Assembly (NCBI GenBank): GCA_009692385.1 | Contig: SHZH01000001.1 | Location: forward strand, 1-49,139 | DNA length: 49,139 bases | Direction of reading: 5' to 3' | From: Gammaproteobacteria bacterium | Lineage (GTDB): Bacteria > Pseudomonadota > Gammaproteobacteria > JABDGN01 | In this document: one piece after another, positions 1 to 7,122 of the stretch | Layout: each line of letters opens with the position of its first letter | How positions within the stretch are numbered: position 1 is the stretch's first letter | Made by a program: the position numbers and the translations under genes | Notes under the pieces: generated by a model | Database searches by the model: none | What the model was told of the DNA's origin: nothing | Seen by the model: only the letters and a program-made list of their open reading frames with translations

Positions 1-347
1 TAGAACAAACTCGTAGTGAATACGCAACATCCTTAGGAATAGATTTTGTTGAGTATTACAAAGCAGGATACCAATTTGTGATCGCTGGTTTAGAAATAGA
101 ATATCGAAAACCACTTGGATATAAAACAGAGTTTTACATCACAGTATTTACCAAAAGTTTCGACAAAAATAGAATGGATTTTTCGCAAGAGATCCGCCGT
201 AAGTCAGATGATAAATTGATGGCGACGGCCATGGTACATGTAGCGTGTATTGATATCAAAACAAGAAAGTCGTGTATGCCAGATATGTTGAGTCAGATCC
301 TTGAAAAGGAAACTATAGCAGCTGCAATAACAGATCAGGGTAAGTGA
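1..347 (+). CDS. Hotdog-fold acyl-CoA thioesterase (4HBT/YbgC-like), 5' end cut by the window edge
   Basis: Frame 3 is open from the window edge (EQTRSEYATSLGIDFVEYYKAGYQFVIAGLEIEYRKP...), a typical YbgC-like pattern. The stop at 345-347 overlaps the next start (ATGA). Confidence 0.7.
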   Translation, partial: EQTRSEYATSLGIDFVEYYKAGYQFVIAGLEIEYRKPLGYKTEFYITVFTKSFDKNRMDFSQEIRRKSDDKLMATAMVHVACIDIKTRKSCMPDMLSQILEKETIAAAITDQGK

Positions 348-1036
348 TGCTTTTTATTGGTATAGTCGATTATACAACGGTCGGTTCAACGATTGCCCAA
401 CGACGTATTAGTGAACTGGGTGGAATTACTGGCGATCACCCTGAGTTCGCCGTGCATTCTATTCCTTTCAAAAAATACCGTGACGCCATTGTTAACAATG
501 ATGTGGAGTTAGAAGCGGAACTTATAAAGGAGTCGATTGCCAATTTAAACAAGCTGGATGTGGATTTCATCATCATACCTGCGAATACACCGCATTATCT
601 TTATGATGAATTTAGTAAGGACTCAAAAGCACCCATTTTAAATTTAATTGATATCACCGTTGCTGAATGTCAGCGCCTAGGTTTAAAGAAAGTCGTTGTT
701 CTTGGGACTAAAAAAACCATGACCGGTGGTCTGTATGCAAAGAAATTGGTGGTGCAAGGTATACAGGCTGTGATCCCATCTGGCGATGTGTGTGACAGCC
801 TTGATGACTACATCATGGAAGATTTGATCCCAGGAAAAATTAATAATGCACGACGCACAGAGATCTTGCAGCACGTTAATCAACTGGATTGTGACGGATT
901 AATTTTAGGTTGTACCGAATTACCAGAGGTATACAATTCATTGGATTTTAATGGTAAGCCCGCTATTGATACGACACGTTTAATTGCAGAAAAGGCATTT
1001 GATATCGCGATGAATCATCGACATGATCTTTTATGA
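344..1036 (+). CDS. Asp/Glu/hydantoin racemase superfamily protein (aspartate racemase-like, atypical active site)
   Basis: 230 aa. The second catalytic motif LGCTELP is present. The first motif reads IPANTPH instead of IPCNTAH (Ala codon GCG at 581-583). Confidence 0.75.
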   Translation: MMLFIGIVDYTTVGSTIAQRRISELGGITGDHPEFAVHSIPFKKYRDAIVNNDVELEAELIKESIANLNKLDVDFIIIPANTPHYLYDEFSKDSKAPILNLIDITVAECQRLGLKKVVVLGTKKTMTGGLYAKKLVVQGIQAVIPSGDVCDSLDDYIMEDLIPGKINNARRTEILQHVNQLDCDGLILGCTELPEVYNSLDFNGKPAIDTTRLIAEKAFDIAMNHRHDLL

Positions 1037-1123
1037 ATATTCCAGTTAGAGTGTTTGAATAAACGTGAATTTCATGCGCTTTTTGTTTTCGTTGTAGATG
1101 TTTAGAACTACCCTAAGACTATT

Positions 1124-1154
1124 GTCGGCTTGGCACTTCGTGCCGTAAGCCGAC
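1124..1154. repeat. REP-like bulged GC-rich hairpin, possible terminator
   Basis: GTCGGCTT-GGCAC-ttc-GTGCC-gt-AAGCCGAC forms a 13-bp stem with a 2-nt bulge, about 90 nt downstream of the racemase stop. The reverse complement begins GTAGGTCGGCTTA, reminiscent of enterobacterial REP units. Confidence 0.35.
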
Positions 1155-1204
1155 CTACACTTTGATTTGAAGCTTAAGCAGTGTATGGAACAAGGCTTAT
1201 ATGT

Positions 1205-1455
1205 TTAGCCGTAAATAATAGCGATCACTTTTTCCTGACGGGAGTTTAGCTGGCCGCGCAATTTGTCGTAGAGTTTAGTTTTGGAAATTAAGAATTCGAC
1301 ATATTTTTTTGATAATTCTTGTGCTGATAGTACCGTCTGCGCGAAATAAAGTAGAGATGTGTTAAACCAGCACGAGTTAATGCGGGTAGCGGTGCTAATT
1401 GCGGCGTATCATAATGAAAATCCGGCCAATTTGGCCGTTGCCAATTCCAGAGCAT
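1205..1455 (-). pseudogene. Remnant of a Fic/DOC-family gene with a DUF4172-type N-terminus; the Fic core is deleted
   Basis: The minus-strand ATG at 1455 gives MLWNWQRPNWPDFHYDTPQLAPL, matching the DUF4172 signature W-WQ..WP.F.YD, then stops at 1288. A shifted frame down to the stop at 1205-1207 reads LSAQELSKKYVEFLISKTKLYDKLRGQLNSRQEKVIAIIYG, which resembles the post-core LN.RQ.KV region of these proteins. No HxFx(D/E)GNGR core is present. Confidence 0.45.
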
Positions 1456-1482
1456 GAGTTATAACCCTATAGTTTATAACTC
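1456..1482. promoter_or_regulatory. Perfect palindrome GAGTTATAA-N9-TTATAACTC (operator-like site 1)
   Basis: 9-bp arms and a 9-nt spacer, read directly. It abuts the start codon of the Fic remnant. Confidence 0.5.
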
Positions 1483-1500
1483 AAAATTATAGCATTTTTT

Positions 1501-1527
1501 GAGTTATAAAGGTATTGCTTATAACTC
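1501..1527. promoter_or_regulatory. Perfect palindrome GAGTTATAA-N9-TTATAACTC (operator-like site 2)
   Basis: Arms and spacer length are identical to site 1, with a 45-bp centre-to-centre distance. It lies just upstream of the putative rsmG -10 element. Confidence 0.5.
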
Positions 1528-1545
1528 AAATAGGTATTACTAATG

Positions 1546-1554
1546 TGCTATAAT
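1546..1554 (+). promoter_or_regulatory. Extended -10 element TGcTATAAT, putative rsmG-parAB promoter
   Basis: TGCTATAAT lies 34 nt upstream of the rsmG ATG. No good -35 is seen, which is acceptable for an extended -10. Confidence 0.4.
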
Positions 1555-1587
1555 CGGCGACACATAGTTTAGGGCACAAAAAACACA

Positions 1588-2157
1588 ATGAATTCCCTGC
1601 AAATCGAACAATATTTACAATTACTCCTTAAATGGAATAAAGCCTATAACCTCACCGCGATCCGTGATCTGGAAACCATGCGCATTAAACATATTGCAGA
1701 CAGTCTTGCGGTTAATCCTTATTTACATGGTGATGTTATTTTAGACGTGGGCACCGGTGCGGGTTTACCGGGCATTCCTTTGGCGATTATCAATCCTGGA
1801 AAGCACTTTATTTTACTCGATAGTAATGGCAAAAAAGTGCGATTTTTGCGTCAGGTGATCCAAGCGTTAGCATTAAAAAATGTGCAAGCAGTTCAGGCGC
1901 GCGTGGAAGAGTATCAACCAAACCAGCCAATTAGCAGCATTATTAGCCGTGCGTTTGCATCAATTTGTGATATGCTTTCGCTAACCGCGCGGTTAGCAAA
2001 TGAGGAGACACAATTTCTGGCCATGAAAGGAATTGTTCCTCAAGATGAATTAGCGCACTTGCCTGAGGGATTTAAATTAATGGCTGTTCACGAATTAAAA
2101 ATTCCTACATTAGATGAGCCACGTTGTTTAATAGTGATTAAAAAAGATGACACCTAA
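1588..2157 (+). CDS. rsmG: 16S rRNA (guanine527-N7)-methyltransferase RsmG (GidB)
   Basis: 189 aa with the SAM motif LDVGTGAGLPGIPLAI and LLKWNKAYNLT. It sits in the canonical position upstream of parAB. Confidence 0.9.
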   Translation: MNSLQIEQYLQLLLKWNKAYNLTAIRDLETMRIKHIADSLAVNPYLHGDVILDVGTGAGLPGIPLAIINPGKHFILLDSNGKKVRFLRQVIQALALKNVQAVQARVEEYQPNQPISSIISRAFASICDMLSLTARLANEETQFLAMKGIVPQDELAHLPEGFKLMAVHELKIPTLDEPRCLIVIKKDDT

Positions 2158-2938
2158 TACCAAAATACTCGCTATCGCAAATCAAAAAGGCGGCGTGGGA
2201 AAAACAACCACGGCGGTTAATTTAGCCGCTTCATTGGCTGCGACTAAGCGTTGCGTGTTACTGATCGATCTCGATCCGCAAGGCAACGCTACCATGGGTA
2301 GTGGTGTCGACAAACATGAACTTACCAAAACAATTAATGAAGTGTTACTGGGCGAATGCACACTAAATGACGCGTTGTGTAAAAATTTAGAAGCAGGTTT
2401 CGATTTGCTGCCTTCGAATCGCGATCTGACCGTGGCCGAAATTGGTTTGCTTGACAGTAATGATAAAGAACAACGTTTAAAAAATGTGTTAGCGCCAATT
2501 TTAGCGAACTATGATTTTATTATTATTGATTGTCCACCGACGTTAAATATGTTGACAGTCAATGCCTTAGTTGCGGCGACAGGTGTATTAGTTCCGATGC
2601 AGTGTGAATATTATTCACTCGAAGGTTTAAGCAGTTTACTCGACACCATCGAACAAATTCGTGGTAGCGTGAATCCGACTTTAAATCTCGAAGGTATTTT
2701 GCGCACCATGTATGATGCACGCAATCGTTTGACCAATGATGTGAATAAGCAGTTACACCAGCATTTTGGTGAAAAGGTTTTTAAAACGGTGATCCCACGA
2801 AACGTGCGTTTAGCCGAAGCCCCCAGTTTTGGTAAACCGATTTTACAATATGAACGGCAATCACAAGGCGCAACGGCGTATTTGTCATTAGCCGCTGAAG
2901 TGATCCGTCGTACTGGAGTGGGAAGCATTCATGAGTAA
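2147..2938 (+). CDS. parA: Chromosome partitioning ATPase ParA (Soj)
   Basis: Deviant Walker A motif NQKGGVGKTTT, 263 aa. Overlaps rsmG by 11 nt. Confidence 0.9.
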   Translation: MTPNTKILAIANQKGGVGKTTTAVNLAASLAATKRCVLLIDLDPQGNATMGSGVDKHELTKTINEVLLGECTLNDALCKNLEAGFDLLPSNRDLTVAEIGLLDSNDKEQRLKNVLAPILANYDFIIIDCPPTLNMLTVNALVAATGVLVPMQCEYYSLEGLSSLLDTIEQIRGSVNPTLNLEGILRTMYDARNRLTNDVNKQLHQHFGEKVFKTVIPRNVRLAEAPSFGKPILQYERQSQGATAYLSLAAEVIRRTGVGSIHE

Positions 2939-3845
2939 TATTAAACAACGCGGTTTAGGCAGAGATCTGGAAGCATTATTAGGTAAGCGGCCAAACCCCC
3001 ATCCTAACCCTTCCCTGCAAGCAAGGAAAGAAACAGAAATTTCTAATTCAACGACTATATCTGCTGTTGAAAAAAATAATGAATTGCGTCAATTGCCGAT
3101 TGAGCAATTACAACGGGGTCGTTATCAACCGCGTCGTGAATTCCCGCTGGAAAGTTTAGAAGAATTAGCTCATTCCATTCGCATGCATGGCATCATTCAG
3201 CCATTAATTGTTCGTTCCATCGGTGCGCATAAATATGAAATCGTCGCTGGTGAACGGCGTTGGCGTGCCGCACAATTAGTTGGATTAGTCCATGTTCCCA
3301 GTGTAGTGCGTGAGTTAACCGATCAAACTGCGAGTGCCTTAGCATTAATTGAAAACGTACAACGTGAAGATCTCGGCCCAATGGATGAAGCGATTGCCTA
3401 TCATCGTCTGACGGATGAATTTGGTTTAACCCATCAAGAAGTATCTGATCTCATCGGCAAATCACGTGCGGCCATCAGTAATGCCTTACGGTTAATTAAT
3501 CTGAACGCGGATGTTAAGAACATGTTGCAAAATGGCGACTTAGAAATCGGCCATGCCAAAGTATTATTAGCGTTAAATGGCGGTGCACAAAGTGAAGCCG
3601 CACACACAGTGGTGAATAAAAGTTTATCCGTGCGTGACACGGAGCAATTAGTCCGTCGTTGGCATCAAGCCCCTGTTTCTAAACTTACCACTCGACTCGA
3701 TCCCGACACGCGTAAACTGCAAGATCAACTGTCTGAGAAACTGGGTGCCAAAGTCGAGATCCAACATGCGGGTAAAAAAGGCAAATTAGTCATTCATTAC
3801 ACCTCATTGGATGAATTAGATGGTATTCTTGACCATATCAAGTAG
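2931..3845 (+). CDS. parB: Chromosome partitioning protein ParB (Spo0J)
   Basis: N-terminal RGLGRDLEALLG, ParB-box GERRWRAA and an HTH region. Overlaps parA by 8 nt. Confidence 0.9.
   Translation: MSNIKQRGLGRDLEALLGKRPNPHPNPSLQARKETEISNSTTISAVEKNNELRQLPIEQLQRGRYQPRREFPLESLEELAHSIRMHGIIQPLIVRSIGAHKYEIVAGERRWRAAQLVGLVHVPSVVRELTDQTASALALIENVQREDLGPMDEAIAYHRLTDEFGLTHQEVSDLIGKSRAAISNALRLINLNADVKNMLQNGDLEIGHAKVLLALNGGAQSEAAHTVVNKSLSVRDTEQLVRRWHQAPVSKLTTRLDPDTRKLQDQLSEKLGAKVEIQHAGKKGKLVIHYTSLDELDGILDHIK
2996..3030. repeat. Short member of the GC-rich palindromic repeat family, in-frame in the variable N-terminal region of parB
   Basis: CCCCCATCCTAACCC followed by the hairpin TTCCCTGC-aa-GCAAGGAA. 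Translated as PNPHPNPSLQARKE. Confidence 0.45.
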
Positions 3846-3967
3846 GTTCACTATTTTGCGCAATAGGGCAATGATAAGGCAATTTAACATGAGCCGCAGC
3901 ATTTGCGAGCTCGATATCAGCAGTAAATAATTTAGCACCTAATTGTTGAGACAGCGTTAAGATGAGA

Positions 3968-4837
3968 TTAACTTGCTTTGTCTAGCAGCTGATCTTTTCG
4001 CTGCCACACTGTATTGAGCCATTGTTGGAGATGGATGCGAAATTCACGGTTGTGTCGGTAGTCACCGCGCAGATCGGGAGTGATCGGGATCGTATCAACA
4101 TGGACGGTGATCTTATCCATCTTGCCACGCAAAAAATCCCACATGATATTTTTACCAACAGGATAAACAATCGTAACATCAATGATCGTATCAATTTGTT
4201 TTTCAAGGGCAGCAATGATAAACGCGATACCACCGGCCTTAGGTTTCAACAAATGCTTAAAAGGTGAGTTTTGTCGTTGTTTTTTCGCTTCACTGAAACG
4301 AGTCCCTTCCACATAATTAATGAGCGTCACCGGCACTTTTTCAAAATGCTCACAGGCTTTACGGGTGGTTTCCAGATCTTCATTGCGTTTCTCCGGATGT
4401 TTTTTCAAATATGACGTGCTGTGTCGCTTCATAAATGGATAACCGAGCATCCAACAACCTTGGCCGAGAAATGGCGCATAAAGTAACTCGTGTTTCATAA
4501 AATAGCGCAATTGTGGCACATGGCGATCGAGCACTCGTTGCATAATTAAAATATCCAGACAAGAGCTATGGTTAGATATTAACAAATAAGATTTATTTTT
4601 ATTAAGTTTTTCTAAACCCGTCACGGTAAATTTAGTGCTAGTCATAAGCGACATTGTCCAACGGATCGTTTCGCTCCAAATAGACGGTACATGACTTATT
4701 TTTTGCTTTAAGCTACGTCGCCAGCTAGGTATAGGCGTAATTAACCAAATGATGGATAGAAAAAAAATCCATAAACAAAGAATGACTACTGCAAGTGAAT
4801 AGAGCACAGTAGCGAAAACGGCTAATAAAAATCTCAA
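3968..4837 (-). CDS. PlsC-family acyltransferase (YihG-like, N-terminal TM helix)
   Basis: HX4D motif NHSSCLD and a second motif YVEGTRF. TTG start preceded by AAGGAG at 7 nt. Confidence 0.75.
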   Translation of the reverse strand: MRFLLAVFATVLYSLAVVILCLWIFFLSIIWLITPIPSWRRSLKQKISHVPSIWSETIRWTMSLMTSTKFTVTGLEKLNKNKSYLLISNHSSCLDILIMQRVLDRHVPQLRYFMKHELLYAPFLGQGCWMLGYPFMKRHSTSYLKKHPEKRNEDLETTRKACEHFEKVPVTLINYVEGTRFSEAKKQRQNSPFKHLLKPKAGGIAFIIAALEKQIDTIIDVTIVYPVGKNIMWDFLRGKMDKITVHVDTIPITPDLRGDYRHNREFRIHLQQWLNTVWQRKDQLLDKAS

Positions 4838-4848
4838 TACGTATCTCC

Positions 4849-5592
4849 TTAAGTAAAACTATACAATAATGTAATATCTGTTCGGTAATCGGTATTCGCC
4901 GTTAACGTTGTTCCAGGCGGGATCGTACTGTTATGCACGATTGAAAACGATAATTCTAAATCAAAATTACCAATGATCGTGGTAGATAATGCCGTTTGTG
5001 AGATTGTTGCTGTATTCACCTTACCCATTTCCACATTAATACTTTGCTGAAAAGAGGCATCATCAGAAACTTCCCAATCAAACGCACTTGAAACAAAAGC
5101 AATCATATCATTGTAATAAGTATGGGTACCCGCTACGCGAGTCGAGCGATAACCTGGGCCTAGTTGCGCATCGACAGTGATTGTATCATTATTATATAAG
5201 CGTTTACCTAAACCAGTGGCCATAATGCTGGTCAAATCATAGCTGTTAAAACGATCATAAACGGCGCTACCGCGCATGAAACTAAAAAATTGTGGTTTGA
5301 AATTATAATTAAACTCTGCACTGCTGCCATAATGTTCCGCATTTGTTGTGCCACTGCTTGAACTGCTGAGGGCATCCAATTTATAGGTATTGATCCAGTT
5401 ATTACGATTATAAATCGATGTGAATTTACCCACCAGGTTGCTATTTGTTGAATTACCTCCCGAGCCACTGTAGCCAAATTGTACGGATTCTCTCCAAGGA
5501 AAAGGCACCGGTAATTCATCGGCGGCACTTACCGTCGTCGCTATGAATAGAAAAATTAACATACCACTTAATTTACGGCAAAACATGTTCAT
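4849..5592 (-). CDS. DUF481/YdiY-like outer-membrane beta-barrel protein
   Basis: Signal peptide MNMFCRKLSGMLIFLFIATTVSA/ADE, alternating beta-strand pattern, C-terminal LLYSFT. The start was chosen at Met12 of the track ORF; it could be 5586 or 5562. Overlaps the lysA stop. Confidence 0.6.
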   Translation of the reverse strand: MNMFCRKLSGMLIFLFIATTVSAADELPVPFPWRESVQFGYSGSGGNSTNSNLVGKFTSIYNRNNWINTYKLDALSSSSSGTTNAEHYGSSAEFNYNFKPQFFSFMRGSAVYDRFNSYDLTSIMATGLGKRLYNNDTITVDAQLGPGYRSTRVAGTHTYYNDMIAFVSSAFDWEVSDDASFQQSINVEMGKVNTATISQTALSTTIIGNFDLELSFSIVHNSTIPPGTTLTANTDYRTDITLLYSFT

Positions 5593-6820
5593 GTTTCCAT
5601 AGATCTTGAACGTGTTCTCGATCACGTATTATATGTACCTGTTCACCATCAACCATAATTTCGACAGCTCGAGCACGGGTATTGTAATTAGAACTCATGG
5701 TAAAACCATACGCACCCGTATCCATAATCGCCAATATATCACCCGAAGTTAATATTAAATCGCGATTTTTAGCAATAAAATCGCCCGTTTCACAAATTGG
5801 ACCTACGATATCATAATGCTGATGCACGCCAACAGTGCCACGTTGTACGGGTAAAATGTCATGGTGTGCTTGATACATAGCCGGGCGAATTAAATCATTC
5901 ATACCTGTATCAAGAATTGCAAAATCTTTATGCGGGCTATTTTTTAAATATTCAACTTTCGCCAATAACACACCGGCTTTTGCGACAATGGCACGGCCTG
6001 GTTCAAGTAATAATTTAATATTTAATTGCTTAAATCGTTCTGCGATTGCAGCAGCATATTCGGCAGGTTTAGGTGGAGTTTCTTGCGCATAACGAACACC
6101 AAGACCACCCCCGAGATCAAGATGTGAGATCGAAATATCGAGTTTTTCTAGCTGATCACGTAATTCTAAAACACACTCGGTGGCAGCCAAAAACGGCGCT
6201 AAACTAGTAATTTGTGAGCCAATATGACAGGCAATTCCGATCACATTCAAATATTTTTCATGATGCGCAAGTTGAAATAATTCGAGTGCTTCGCTCATCG
6301 CCACCCCAAATTTATTTTCTTTTAAGCCAGTTGAAATATAAGGATGGGTTTGCGCATCCACATCGGGATTAACACGGATGGCAATCGGTGCACATTTTTT
6401 TTGCTGACTGGCAATTTCATTAATGCGAGTTAATTCTGCAGCTGATTCGACATTGAAACAAAAAATGCCGGCCTCTAAGGCAGCGATAATTTCCGACGTT
6501 TTTTTCCCCACACCCGAAAAGACGATTTTCTGGGGATCACCGCCCGCGGCAATCACTCGAGCTAGCTCACCCCCAGAAACAATATCAAAGCCCGAACCTA
6601 ATCGCGCCAAAATATTTAATACGGCTAAATTAGAATTGGCTTTGACGGCATAACAAATCAAATGCGGTAAGCGTGCGAAGCCTTCATCAAAAGCATGCCA
6701 TTGTTGAGTGATCGCCGCACGAGAATAAACATAACAAGGAGTGCCATGATCGGTGGCGATCTTGGCCAAGGAAACATTTTCAGCAAATAAAGTATTATTT
6801 TGATAATGAAAACTACTCAT
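5573..6820 (-). CDS. lysA: Diaminopimelate decarboxylase
   Basis: 415 aa with the PLP-lysine region YAVKAN and typical LysA motifs throughout, including GGGLGV and CETGD. Confidence 0.95.
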   Translation of the reverse strand: MSSFHYQNNTLFAENVSLAKIATDHGTPCYVYSRAAITQQWHAFDEGFARLPHLICYAVKANSNLAVLNILARLGSGFDIVSGGELARVIAAGGDPQKIVFSGVGKKTSEIIAALEAGIFCFNVESAAELTRINEIASQQKKCAPIAIRVNPDVDAQTHPYISTGLKENKFGVAMSEALELFQLAHHEKYLNVIGIACHIGSQITSLAPFLAATECVLELRDQLEKLDISISHLDLGGGLGVRYAQETPPKPAEYAAAIAERFKQLNIKLLLEPGRAIVAKAGVLLAKVEYLKNSPHKDFAILDTGMNDLIRPAMYQAHHDILPVQRGTVGVHQHYDIVGPICETGDFIAKNRDLILTSGDILAIMDTGAYGFTMSSNYNTRARAVEIMVDGEQVHIIRDREHVQDLWKHEHVLP

Positions 6821-6969
6821 TATTTAGGCTGCGACTTAGCAGGCTGATCTTTGGGTAGCAAATAGAGCGCGCCGTTCTGACCACAGCCGCTCACCATCAA
6901 GATAAATCCCACCATAATAATGTAAGGACAGGTTGCCCGAGCCCATTTAGTTAAAAACACTTTTTTCAT
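6820..6969 (-). CDS. lptM: Small lipoprotein LptM (YifL/LppL-like)
   Basis: Hand-translated 49-aa ORF not in the track: MKKVFLTKWARATCPYIIMVGFILMVSGCGQNGALYLLPKDQPAKSQPK. It has a lipobox followed by the conserved GCG..G.LYLP motif, and the stop overlaps the lysA start (TAATG). The position upstream of lysA matches Pseudomonas lppL-lysA. Confidence 0.7.
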   Translation of the reverse strand: MKKVFLTKWARATCPYIIMVGFILMVSGCGQNGALYLLPKDQPAKSQPK

Positions 6970-7122
6970 GCTGTCAGTATAACAATCTATTAGATGTATT
7001 GAAAACTCAATATTAGGTGGGCCTTACACCGACCCCTATACTTCTCTAAGTTGACTAGTAAAATATTATTGCAATAAAAACTAAATGTTTGTAAAATGTT
7101 TTTATTTATATAATAATTTAGC

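Noticed and set aside
1037-1587. Possibility that the long spacer upstream of rsmG-parAB is oriC
   Set aside because: I saw no TTATCCACA-type DnaA boxes and no AT-rich 13-mer array. The spacer is better explained by a Fic-gene remnant plus operator-like palindromes. The only DnaA-box-like string noticed (TATCCACA at 7375-7382) is isolated inside dprA.
2611-2928. 105-aa minus-strand ORF inside parA. The same applies to other antisense or shadow track ORFs inside recognised genes, for example 683-883, 3193-3381, 3434-3640, 8972-9286, 13757-14101, 15517-15732, 16997-17260, 21093-21329, 22316-22609, 23141-23455, 37973-38317 and 42270-42521
   Set aside because: All are embedded in genes with clear family motifs on the opposite strand or in another frame, and none shows a recognisable motif or RBS.
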